This document shows, one piece after another, positions 1 through 7,390 of a stretch of DNA of 64,000 nt. This DNA comes from a virus. The notes beneath the pieces are model-generated. The model was not told the origin of the DNA, searched no databases, and saw nothing but the letters and a program-made list of their open reading frames with translations. The position numbers and the translations under genes are program-made. The stretch lies in the IMG/VR virus record IMGVR_UViG_3300030329_005612, positions 3,635 through 67,634 of that record. One strand, written 5' to 3'. Position 1 is the stretch's first letter. Every line of letters begins with the position of its first letter.

Positions 1-32
1 TTATTCACAATCAAACTTTTTTTTTCATAGGT

Positions 33-48
33 TGGCACGGAACCTGCT
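33..48 (+). promoter_or_regulatory. sigma54 (-24/-12)-like site
   Basis: TGGCACG-GAAC-CTGCT matches TGGCACG-N4-TTGCW with correct GG/GC spacing; no convincing plus-strand gene downstream. Confidence 0.4.
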
Positions 49-102
49 AGGAAAAAACGAAGGTATAACCTAGTTAAGTTACTGAACAGCAACGACTTAG
101 CA

Positions 103-147
103 GGGTCGCGGGGGGGGACCCCCCGAAATAGTACGTGTACGTACTAT
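103..147. repeat. Bipartite palindromic element copy 1 (G/C hairpin, then ATAGTACGTGTACGTACTAT)
   Basis: gggtcgc-G8-A-C6-gaa-atagtacgt-gt-acgtactat; recurs 7 times in 1-7.4 kb. Confidence 0.95.
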
Positions 148-289
148 ATTCTGGGTGTCAAGAAAAAGTTATTCCCAGCCCTACTCGTCACGCTGTCTTG
201 GCGAGGCCTTTGGCACTACGAGCCGCAAGCGTAAGGTTTCGGGCTGGGAAAGCTACCACTCTGGGTATTCATTGGCATCATGCCAAGCG

Positions 290-484
290 TCATCTGCTGT
301 CGAACCCGTAGCCGTCATGTTCAGCGTAAAAACCACAGCAACCGCAACAGGGTGCATCTTCACACATACCCTTGGACTCGGTGGGAGTGGTAGGCTCAGG
401 CTCGTTCGCCCAAGTCGCTGGCCCCATGTCGGCGGTGAAACTCTCCTCGCAGGAGACCTGAATCATGTCATTCATTTCATTCAT
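290..484 (-). CDS. Small acidic protein with CEDAPCCGCCG motif
   Basis: 64-aa ORF; upstream TTGGCT-17-TATAGT, 9 nt before ATG; Cys cluster suggests metal binding. Confidence 0.7.
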   Translation of the reverse strand: MNEMNDMIQVSCEESFTADMGPATWANEPEPTTPTESKGMCEDAPCCGCCGFYAEHDGYGFDSR

Positions 485-533
485 TGTGGTAAGACTATAA
501 CAAAAATAGAGTCAAAAGCCAAGAAAAAGTTAT

Positions 534-785
534 TCACAGGTTACTCCCTGCAAGAAAATTCTCCTCGCGCCAATCATCCTCCCAGCACTGCAAATGTACC
601 TCATTAACACGCTCGCGAAAGCGCGTTTCATCAAAGCGTGGGTGCGAACCCTTCAAACGGATACAGGTGTCGGTCAGGACTTCTTCGCGAGATTCACGGT
701 CGCTAATCTCGCCCAAGGTACAGGCGAGAAATTCAAAGTGACGGCGGGTGAAGTTGAGGCTTGCGATTTCTTGTTTGCTTAACAT
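534..785 (-). CDS. Hypothetical early protein (start reassigned to MLSKQEIA)
   Basis: TTGACC-17-TACATT lies 6 nt upstream of the ATG at 785, inside the longer called ORF. Confidence 0.75.
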   Translation of the reverse strand: MLSKQEIASLNFTRRHFEFLACTLGEISDRESREEVLTDTCIRLKGSHPRFDETRFRERVNEVHLQCWEDDWREENFLAGSNL

Positions 786-887
786 GGGATAAATGTAACA
801 CACAACCGGCTGCGGGTCAAGGGATTTTCTTAAAAAAGTTATTCCCAAAAAAGATGCAATTGTGAATAAAAAAAGCTTGACAACTGA

Positions 888-930
888 GGTCGCGGGGGGG
901 GACCCCCTGAAATAGTACGTGTACGTACTA
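888..930. repeat. Bipartite palindromic element copy 2 (hairpin, then palindrome)
   Basis: ggtcgc-G8-A-C5-tgaa-atagtacgtgtacgtacta. Confidence 0.95.
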
Positions 931-1032
931 ATTACGCGGTCGGCGTTTGGATGTTTTTTTAGCCTTCTCGCGAGCCTTATCGCGGTCCTTGTCGCGGATG
1001 CGGAGGATGTTCAACCATTTTTCTCTTTTCAT
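928..1032 (-). CDS. 34-aa highly basic peptide MKREKWLNILRIRDKDRDKAREKAKKTSKRRPRN
   Basis: Hand-translated; TTGACA-17-TACATT 7 nt upstream of ATG; TAG stop supplied by the repeat palindrome. Confidence 0.6.
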   Translation of the reverse strand: MKREKWLNILRIRDKDRDKAREKAKKTSKRRPRN

Positions 1033-1090
1033 TAGTAATAATGTAACACAGGTTGTGCTATTTGTCAAGGGGTTTTTTAAAAAAAGTTAT

Positions 1091-1381
1091 TCACATTAAA
1101 CGCACGATACCACTCGTTTGGTGCGTCGGTGGACGCATGGCACACTTGACACCCACAATATCAAATTCCTTGCGAGGAAGCCAGCCACACCATTGGTCGT
1201 GGTTATCTGAACAAGATGAACAAAACTTGCCATGCTGAGAACAGTGAAGCAACCAACTAAACCCATTGCTCCCGACAGCGGAGACCCGTTCAGACCAATC
1301 AAATTCTGGCCCGTGTTCAGCAATCCGGTTGCGGGTGCGGCGCGAAGAGAACGTGTTCGGTTTGATTTCGATCATCAACAT
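1091..1381 (-). CDS. Hypothetical Cys/His-rich early protein (start reassigned to MLMIEIK)
   Basis: TTGACA-17-TACATT 6 nt upstream of ATG at 1381; CxxH...CxxC. Confidence 0.7.
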   Translation of the reverse strand: MLMIEIKPNTFSSRRTRNRIAEHGPEFDWSERVSAVGSNGFSWLLHCSQHGKFCSSCSDNHDQWCGWLPRKEFDIVGVKCAMRPPTHQTSGIVRLM

Positions 1382-1433
1382 GCTATAAATGTAACACGCA
1401 TCCACCTAATTGTCAACACTAAAGTTATTCACA

Positions 1434-1476
1434 ATGATACGTGTACGTACTATCTTGGGGGGAGGGCCCCCCGAGA
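1434..1476. repeat. Bipartite palindromic element copy 3 (palindrome, then hairpin)
   Basis: atgatacgtgtacgtactat-ctt-G6-aggg-C6-gaga. Confidence 0.9.
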
Positions 1477-1557
1477 TTGAGACTCAGTCTCATTCTAAAT
1501 GTCGGGCGGACATTATTTATTTGTTATTTATTTACTTCTTATTTATTTATTTGTTAT

Positions 1558-1983
1558 TTATTTCTTTAGCCTGTAAAACTTATGGTTATTAATTATCTTT
1601 ATAACTTTGCTGGAGCGTGTCCAATAATTATTAGTCTTTAAAGAACAATAATGGTCGGCGTGATTAATATATTTTAGATCTAATTGTTTTAAGTTCTTCG
1701 CAAGTAAAATTGCATAGGGTGCAGACGATGATTTTAACAAGTAAGACAAATCTCTTTTGGAGTTCCAGCAAGAAAATTGTTTTCTTTGTTTACAAACTCT
1801 TGCGGCAGACATGGAGCGATTCAATACCCGTTGTTGAATAACGCAAGCTACGGCATACATCCCCGCTTTACCTTCGCCACGCGCTTCACCCAAAATAGTT
1901 AACGCAACAATTTTTTGTTCGTGCGTTAAACCGTAACCCTTAAAGGTTAACAGCATTAATATAAGCATAATTATTTTTTTCAT
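1558..1983 (-). CDS. SleB-like cell wall hydrolase (Hydrolase_2 family)
   Basis: N-terminal signal peptide; ALTILGEARGE, AVACVIQQR, QFSCWN and terminal HKFY motifs. Confidence 0.85.
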   Translation of the reverse strand: MKKIIMLILMLLTFKGYGLTHEQKIVALTILGEARGEGKAGMYAVACVIQQRVLNRSMSAARVCKQRKQFSCWNSKRDLSYLLKSSSAPYAILLAKNLKQLDLKYINHADHYCSLKTNNYWTRSSKVIKIINNHKFYRLKK

Positions 1984-1985
1984 AA

Positions 1986-2189
1986 TTAAAATGTTCTATG
2001 TTTTAAATCTGCGGGGGTTGTGGTCGGTGGTCGCCAACCCTCATCACATTTACAATACTTCGGGCAATCATCCTCTTTACTGCCCTCTTTGCTTACCGTT
2101 TCATTGCACGTTGGGCAAAGGTGAAGCAAACGGAACTGCGGATACTCAAGGCAAAACGCTTTTGTTAGTGGGCCGAATTTAGTTTTCAT
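1986..2189 (-). CDS. Small zinc-finger-like protein
   Basis: CPTC...CPKYCKC; co-oriented with neighbours. Confidence 0.5.
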   Translation of the reverse strand: MKTKFGPLTKAFCLEYPQFRLLHLCPTCNETVSKEGSKEDDCPKYCKCDEGWRPPTTTPADLKHRTF

Positions 2190-2245
2190 TTATTCTTGGG
2201 AGTAAATATACATTGCAATAATAAAGGCGGCAATCATTATGACAA

Positions 2246-2995
2246 TCAATTTGCCACCTCCTGTCTTTTGCTGTATCCGTTCCATCCTCGGCGTTTCAAT
2301 TCTTGAACCGCTTGGCTTGCCATGCTCCCCTTGGGTTGCGTCCCGTGAATGAGCAGAGCAAAATTCTTTTTTCCAAATGCTGCGTGGTAGTCGTCGTGGT
2401 CAATTTCCAATCCCATCAAATCCGCTGTTTGTTCGTCATAAACAACCACCGCGTTTTTCAATCCGTGCTCCATTATCAGTGAATCATACTTGCCACCCTC
2501 GGAGGCGGTCAATTCAAAATTAGAAGGAATTTCAAACAAACGCTTCACCCAAAAGTTCAAACTTTTTGTGTAAGCATAAAAGTGTTTGTCAGGCATACGC
2601 CGCGCAACTCCCAACCATGCGTCAAAATACTTTTGAGAGAAAAAGTCACCGCCCACATGGACGCGCATGATGTCAAAGTTTTTTGGCAACTGCGATTGCA
2701 ATAGGTCGGCCAATTCTAAATCATCGCCCTTGCACGAACGGATTGCTTCAAAGTTCCTCCACACCATTGCGCGTGTGTTTTTATACTGTGATTCGCTACT
2801 AGCAGCAAAACAACGGAACACAGTGTCAGGCCCATCTTGAATTTTACCCGTGTCCCTGTCCGCTTTAGATAAACAATCCTTTGCTGCTGGACAAGTCCAA
2901 CCGCTTGGAAGGGTAAACGCTTTGATACGTTTTGAAAGACGTTTCGCCATCGCAACCAATTTTGCGTTAGCCTGAGAGAATGTGAGATTCACCAT
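2246..2995 (-). CDS. Gp88-like phage protein (Cys-rich, radical-SAM-like fold)
   Basis: LPSGWTCP..C, CFA, RVHVGGDF and FYAYTKS motifs; promoter TTGACT-17-TACTAT 6 nt before ATG. Confidence 0.75.
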   Translation of the reverse strand: MVNLTFSQANAKLVAMAKRLSKRIKAFTLPSGWTCPAAKDCLSKADRDTGKIQDGPDTVFRCFAASSESQYKNTRAMVWRNFEAIRSCKGDDLELADLLQSQLPKNFDIMRVHVGGDFFSQKYFDAWLGVARRMPDKHFYAYTKSLNFWVKRLFEIPSNFELTASEGGKYDSLIMEHGLKNAVVVYDEQTADLMGLEIDHDDYHAAFGKKNFALLIHGTQPKGSMASQAVQELKRRGWNGYSKRQEVAN

Positions 2996-3033
2996 CAGAA
3001 TATAGTAGTTTAGTTTTAAAAAAAAGTCAAGCC

Positions 3034-3441
3034 TTATGCGTCCGTGTCGGTGAGGTTTTCCGCTTTTCCGTGGTTGCTATCATATCCAAAAAATCGAACC
3101 CGTGAAGTTTTTGCCTTGTAACCCGTCGTGCCTTCAAGACTGTCGTAATCTTCTTGCGCGTACTTCCGCGCCACGGGCAACGCTCCACCCTCACGGCCTT
3201 TGAAATGCTCGGCGTCTTTATTCAGCAGTCGCGCCAAATGCGCCTCGGCAACTCCTTTCAAATACTTTTCGGGTGTTGTAAAGAAACTAACAATCTCGGA
3301 TGTTATCCAATTGGCAGAATCCAGTGATGACGCAATGCTATAGTGCCAAAACCAATAAAATTTTTCTTCTGCTTCTTCTGGAGAGTCAGCGTCAATATAA
3401 ATAATAATCTTTTCCCCCCAAGGTTGTTTTTTAATTGTCAT
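3034..3441 (-). CDS. Hypothetical protein (start MTIKKQPW)
   Basis: ATG at 3441 overlaps the end of the upstream ArfA-like ORF, suggesting translational coupling. Confidence 0.65.
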   Translation of the reverse strand: MTIKKQPWGEKIIIYIDADSPEEAEEKFYWFWHYSIASSLDSANWITSEIVSFFTTPEKYLKGVAEAHLARLLNKDAEHFKGREGGALPVARKYAQEDYDSLEGTTGYKAKTSRVRFFGYDSNHGKAENLTDTDA

Positions 3442-3574
3442 AACTTCTCCGATTGCGTTTGCTGCGAATAAAAGAACCCTTACCCCGTTTCGGTCGGTGA
3501 ACACGAGTCCCCATACCCATGCGCCCTTCGTGGTTAACTCGTGTCCTTATCCGTCTGGCTCGCTTGTCTTTCAC
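3431..3574 (-). CDS. ArfA-like (alternative ribosome rescue factor) peptide, 47 aa
   Basis: Hand-translated MKDKRARRIRTRVNHEGRMGMGTRVHRPKRGKGSFIRSKRNRRSYDN; the RVxxxKRGKGSFxR segment matches the ArfA core; GTG start 7 nt after a TATTCT -10-like box. Confidence 0.65.
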   Translation of the reverse strand: MKDKRARRIRTRVNHEGRMGMGTRVHRPKRGKGSFIRSKRNRRSYDN

Positions 3575-3672
3575 TTCCAAAAGAATACCATACACAAAAA
3601 TAAATACAAGACTTTTTTTGAGTTAAGTTGTTCACAGTGAAATGTTAATAAAAAAAGCTTGACAAGTCGAAC

Positions 3673-3713
3673 CTCGGGGGGCGGGCCCCCCGAAATAGTA
3701 CGTGTACGTACTA
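3673..3713. repeat. Bipartite palindromic element copy 4 (hairpin, then palindrome)
   Basis: ctc-G6-cggg-C6-gaa-atagtacgtgtacgtacta. Confidence 0.95.
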
Positions 3714-3715
3714 CT

Positions 3716-4489
3716 TCAATTGTAAGTAACTTTTTCTTTTTCGATGTGATCAGAACCACTCAAGCCCGTGCGCCACCCAAAAGTAAACATCGGAGTGAGG
3801 GGTGCGCGTCCATCTACTGGATCGCCACCTTTATATAAATAGTCAAATATTTCAATGCGTGGAATTCTATTTCTGTTGGGATGCTTCTTCCGATAGTATG
3901 AAAGAATCTCACGAGCATTATCTTTAGGACTGCCAGATTGAAAATTAAAACCTTTTTGATACCGACACCTTCTTAAATTTACAGCGTGAGTTTGATAAAT
4001 TAAAGCATCATCAAAATTATTAAGAAAAAAGGTTAAATCTTTCATGGGCGTGAGTTCCTTATCTGGGTAGTCTATCGGATAACAGCAATAGTCAGCCCAC
4101 AAAATTAATCTTTGGTTTCTAACCTTGCAACCATTGTTAATGTCGTCAGCGTCTAAGTTACTCCATTGATAAATGATTTCCACATTCGATTCTTTACCAT
4201 AAACAAAATAATCCTCAGTCCTTGTAATATCAAAAGGTAAGTTTGCTTTGTTGTCACCTGTCGTATTAGCTTTGTAAGTTCCCCAATTACTTTCAAAACA
4301 ATGCAAAGTAAATTTTATACGGGGAAACAAACGTGTAAGGATTGCGATGAGCATAGTTTCAAACTTCCAGTTTGAAGCTGGAAGCGTAACAATGTAAGAA
4401 TCAACAGGGTTGTTTTTAAGCTCGCTGATAATCTGTTCCAAGATAGAACTTCTGATACTGTGCTTTGTTGCATTGTTTTCAAGTCTCAT
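3716..4489 (-). CDS. Hypothetical protein, possibly a degenerate SAM-dependent methyltransferase fold
   Basis: 257-aa ORF; TLHCFE and LILWADYC strand motifs; promoter TTGCAA-17-TTTAAT 8 nt before ATG at 4489. Confidence 0.55.
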   Translation of the reverse strand: MRLENNATKHSIRSSILEQIISELKNNPVDSYIVTLPASNWKFETMLIAILTRLFPRIKFTLHCFESNWGTYKANTTGDNKANLPFDITRTEDYFVYGKESNVEIIYQWSNLDADDINNGCKVRNQRLILWADYCCYPIDYPDKELTPMKDLTFFLNNFDDALIYQTHAVNLRRCRYQKGFNFQSGSPKDNAREILSYYRKKHPNRNRIPRIEIFDYLYKGGDPVDGRAPLTPMFTFGWRTGLSGSDHIEKEKVTYN

Positions 4490-4538
4490 AACGCGCAATT
4501 AAACCATAAATCTCATAATCTTGCAAGCCTAAAGTTAA

Positions 4539-4581
4539 ATAATACGCACACGTACTATCGCGGGGGGCGGGCCCCCCGAAA
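4539..4581. repeat. Bipartite palindromic element copy 5 (palindrome, then hairpin)
   Basis: ataatacgcacacgtactat-cgc-G6-cggg-C6-gaaa. Confidence 0.9.
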
Positions 4582-4615
4582 CGGTTTTGTCAAGAACTTT
4601 TTTTGATAAAAGGCA

Positions 4616-4644
4616 ATAAAAAAACCCTCCCCGCAGGGAGGGTT
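4616..4644 (-). terminator. Rho-independent terminator
   Basis: aaccctccc-cgca-gggagggtt hairpin with U-tract on the minus strand, downstream of 4691..5578. Confidence 0.75.
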
Positions 4645-4690
4645 GGGTCGGCCTACTGGGCCTAGTGGCAGGTCAGTATTTTAGCGCAAC

Positions 4691-5578
4691 CTATTCAGTC
4701 ACGACCACTTGGGAATTCTCAGGCACCGCCGTTAAGGTTTTCATCCGCTTCGGGTTAAGCGAAGCCGCTTGAAAGTTCTTCAACACGTTGCCGCTGATAC
4801 GGTTGGCGTACTCAAAGCGCGACCCCTCCACCTCATCGGTCAAATGTTGCGTGACCGCATTGTAAAGGTTGTAAAGGTTGCCATCGGTATCGTTTGACCG
4901 CAGCAGTTGGTCACGGTTGGCCCAAATAGACGCCACACGCTCGCGCACCTTGTCGCTGATGATTTTCTTTGCCGTAAGGTTGGCAAGAACATTCAAGCCA
5001 GTGTCGGTAGGCACAGCCTGTCCAGCGAGAGTGTGAAAAACATCGGTAGACCTACTTAACGACGCCAGCGACTTGTCGAGTGCCTCATCGGTGATGAGAG
5101 AGTCAAGACTGAGCTTGCGTGAGTGCTTGGACACCATGTCCACATCCTTCTCCATTGTTTGCATTCCGTTGGTGCAGATTAACCGCATCAGCCCCAAGGC
5201 AAACGAAATCCGCAGGGTACGGTCAAAAGAGTTCTGCACCGTCAAGCGGTAAGACATAACGTCGCCCACTTGTGGGCCAGCAACTTGAAAGTTCTCGCCT
5301 TCGAGGTCGTAAACGGCGCGGAGCTTTCTGCCGCCATCGGTAACATAAACATTGCGATTGTAGCCAATGCCGCGACGGTCTAGTGCTTCGTCAGCCTTGT
5401 CCAGCAAATCGGCATTGTTTACTACGGCGTAACGCTCCGAGGTAGCCCCAAGAATCTCGCCATTGTCCTCGCGGATATTCATAAAATAGCCTGACTTGCT
5501 TCCCGTGATGGGGTGAGGTACAGCAACTTGGCTGACGGTGAAATCGAATTCAGATGATTGTTTTGCTTCAATTGGCAT
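4691..5578 (-). CDS. DUF932/DUF945-family phage/plasmid protein
   Basis: LGATSERYAVVNN, QNSFDRT, RLICTNGM, KHS and NLYNLYNAVT motifs. Confidence 0.85.
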   Translation of the reverse strand: MPIEAKQSSEFDFTVSQVAVPHPITGSKSGYFMNIREDNGEILGATSERYAVVNNADLLDKADEALDRRGIGYNRNVYVTDGGRKLRAVYDLEGENFQVAGPQVGDVMSYRLTVQNSFDRTLRISFALGLMRLICTNGMQTMEKDVDMVSKHSRKLSLDSLITDEALDKSLASLSRSTDVFHTLAGQAVPTDTGLNVLANLTAKKIISDKVRERVASIWANRDQLLRSNDTDGNLYNLYNAVTQHLTDEVEGSRFEYANRISGNVLKNFQAASLNPKRMKTLTAVPENSQVVVTE

Positions 5579-5816
5579 AAGCCTGTTTTTCCTTTTTGGT
5601 TAAGTGTTAACTAACTTCAATAAGTATGCCTGAGATTGAGATTCATTGCAATACTTTTTTCATCATCACAGGCATTTTTTTTCAATCACTTTCTATTCTT
5701 TTTGATTGGCAAGCCCCTTTGTGAATCATTCGTGAGCGACAAGCTTTTTTGTCAATCAATTATGCCTTTTGATGAGCGACAAAATTGTGAATAACTTTTT
5801 GCTTGACAAATCGAGC

Positions 5817-5858
5817 CTCGGGGGGCGGGCCCCCCCAAATAGTACGTACACGTACTAT
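5817..5858. repeat. Bipartite palindromic element copy 6 (hairpin, then palindrome)
   Basis: ctc-G6-cggg-C7-aa-atagtacgtacacgtactat. Confidence 0.95.
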
Positions 5859-6001
5859 CTAAACCAGTAATGTTTATTATTATTATTTGTTTATTATTTG
5901 AATCAAATTGAATTATAAATAGAAAAATCCCCGCCTCCCCCAAAGAGAAAAAAGGAGACGGGGATGGTTGGGCTGCTACTTAAGGTAAATTACGGTAAAC
6001 C

Positions 6002-6271
6002 TTACGTACCAACCGGGGTGGGATAAAGAGCCTGTTTAACCCCATCAATCCGCTCTTGCATCCGCTTTTGAGACTTTACGCGGTGGCTCTCCCCAAAATA
6101 GTTAGTAACTTCTTCGGGGGTCGCTTTACGCAGGGCTGAACGCTTAACCGGCCCAAAGTCACTATAACCGTGAGAAACAGTAAACACTCTGTTCTCGTTA
6201 AGTTTACCCACCACACGCTCAACACGCTCTTTGCTGGTGTTCATGTATAATGCTCCGTTTTGTATTTTCAT
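6002..6271 (-). CDS. Hypothetical early protein
   Basis: 89-aa ORF; TTGACA-17-TAATCT promoter 9 nt before ATG. Confidence 0.7.
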   Translation of the reverse strand: MKIQNGALYMNTSKERVERVVGKLNENRVFTVSHGYSDFGPVKRSALRKATPEEVTNYFGESHRVKSQKRMQERIDGVKQALYPTPVGT

Positions 6272-6318
6272 ATTATATATAGATTAACACACATTAAAAT
6301 TTATGTCAACTAAAAAAA

Positions 6319-6479
6319 TGGTAGTGGTGCGGGGATTCGAACCCCACCCGACCAGTATCGTATCACTTCCACGCCTTTTTAGAATACACTTCTCGTTTGG
6401 AGCGTCCTCCCAGCATGGCTGCTTTCCTGCGTCAGACTGTGCTGCTGATCTTATTCAATCGCACACCAATTTCACCACC
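6319..6479 (-). ncRNA. 161-nt tRNA/tmRNA-like RNA
   Basis: 5' GGTGGTG pairs with 3' CACCACT-A-CCA; canonical T-arm TGGGG-TTCGAAT-CCCCG; much larger interior than a tRNA and no anticodon arm. Confidence 0.7.
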
Positions 6480-6480
6480 G

Positions 6481-6879
6481 TTAAAGTATCGCCCTTACTT
6501 CGCGAGCACTTTTACCGCAGCCGAATATAACAACGTCAGCTTTATGTACTGGCTCGCCAGTTTCCTCATTTATAAAAGAATCATTTTTATAAGGGTTGTA
6601 TGTAAGAGGGATAGAACGGTCATAAAATACCGCCATGTTACAGGCGTGAAGTTCTCGCCCTTGAATGTAGGCATGTACGTTTTTACGCTTCTCATCTCTT
6701 ACGCGCTCCTTACCTTTCTCGCTTACGCGCAACGAGCAGTCCTCCAACATTAAATGACAGGTGTGCCCCTTAATCAAACCATCGTCTCCACGGACGCTGT
6801 ACACGGGCCACGGTTTGCCGCGCGTGTCGCTTCCGAGCTTCTTGTTAAGATTACGATATACTTGGACGTAGCCTTTCAT
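6481..6879 (-). CDS. Conserved phage hypothetical protein
   Basis: VYRNL, KRKNVHAY and YNPYK motifs typical of a widespread uncharacterised phage family. Confidence 0.75.
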   Translation of the reverse strand: MKGYVQVYRNLNKKLGSDTRGKPWPVYSVRGDDGLIKGHTCHLMLEDCSLRVSEKGKERVRDEKRKNVHAYIQGRELHACNMAVFYDRSIPLTYNPYKNDSFINEETGEPVHKADVVIFGCGKSAREVRAIL

Positions 6880-7061
6880 GTTGTCTCCTTTTTGTTTTTA
6901 GCTGCGATTGCAAACAACTCCTTTTCGGATACGGGTCGCAAATCCCCGGCATGCGAACGGTACCGAGGATTTTCATGCCCTTGTGCTTTGTTTGTTTTTG
7001 GCCACCAAGGTGCCTTGGAGAGCCGCCCAGCGACGAACGGATTGCGCTTTGTCTTTTTCAT
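6876..7061 (-). CDS. Hypothetical basic protein
   Basis: 61-aa ORF coupled to neighbours. Confidence 0.55.
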   Translation of the reverse strand: MKKTKRNPFVAGRLSKAPWWPKTNKAQGHENPRYRSHAGDLRPVSEKELFAIAAKNKKETT

Positions 7062-7063
7062 AA

Positions 7064-7264
7064 TTATCTTTCTATTTCAAGTCTGCCAACACTATTGCCA
7101 TTGATGTCCCGACAACCTATCATGTGGCCCACTCTATCGCAAGACACACCATATTCTTGTTCTTCAATGTTATCCGCAAGAACTTTTAAAATCCGTGCTA
7201 GTTCTACACTTGGATACTGCACGAACGCATCGTTATCCATTTGTATCTTTATAATGGCTTTCAT
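7064..7264 (-). CDS. Small conserved phage protein
   Basis: MDNDAF...ELARIL...RDINGNSVG pattern; TTGACT-17-TAATAT 7 nt before ATG. Confidence 0.75.
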   Translation of the reverse strand: MKAIIKIQMDNDAFVQYPSVELARILKVLADNIEEQEYGVSCDRVGHMIGCRDINGNSVGRLEIER

Positions 7265-7348
7265 GGTTATGATATTAATACGAATTAAAAATTAAGTCAA
7301 CAAAAAAATATCATCCGCCTACGTACTATCAGCGGCCAAAGAACTTTA

Positions 7349-7390
7349 GATAGTACGTGTACGTACTATCGCGGGGGGTGGGCCCCCCTG
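7349..7390. repeat. Bipartite palindromic element copy 7 (palindrome, then hairpin); extra half-site at 7320-7330
   Basis: gatagtacgtgtacgtactatc-gc-G6-tggg-C6-tg. Confidence 0.95.

Noticed and set aside
253-335. Possible +1 frameshift extending the CEDAPCCGCC protein into ...STADDAWHDANEYPEW*
   Set aside because: The alternative frame is plausible in composition, but only a short T-run supports slippage; undecidable without homologues or reads.
155-607. Plus-strand ORFs in the minus-strand block (155..607, 6303..6530, 6397..6753, 7882..8250, 21901..22278, 26675..27145, 36578..36802 and similar)
   Set aside because: Antisense shadows of better-supported minus-strand genes or RNAs, with no motifs or promoters.
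1513-1567. TTAT/TTTG low-complexity tandem repeat
   Set aside because: A simple AT-rich duplication downstream of a gene, with no evidence of function.
6319-6479. Ordinary tRNA or canonical tmRNA
   Set aside because: No anticodon arm, about half tmRNA length, no G3-U70 pair and no ANDN...AA-like tag; kept as an unassigned tRNA mimic.
103-7390. CRISPR array interpretation of the palindromic repeats
   Set aside because: Intervals are 0.5-2.2 kb, irregular and gene-containing; module order varies; no cas genes are visible.
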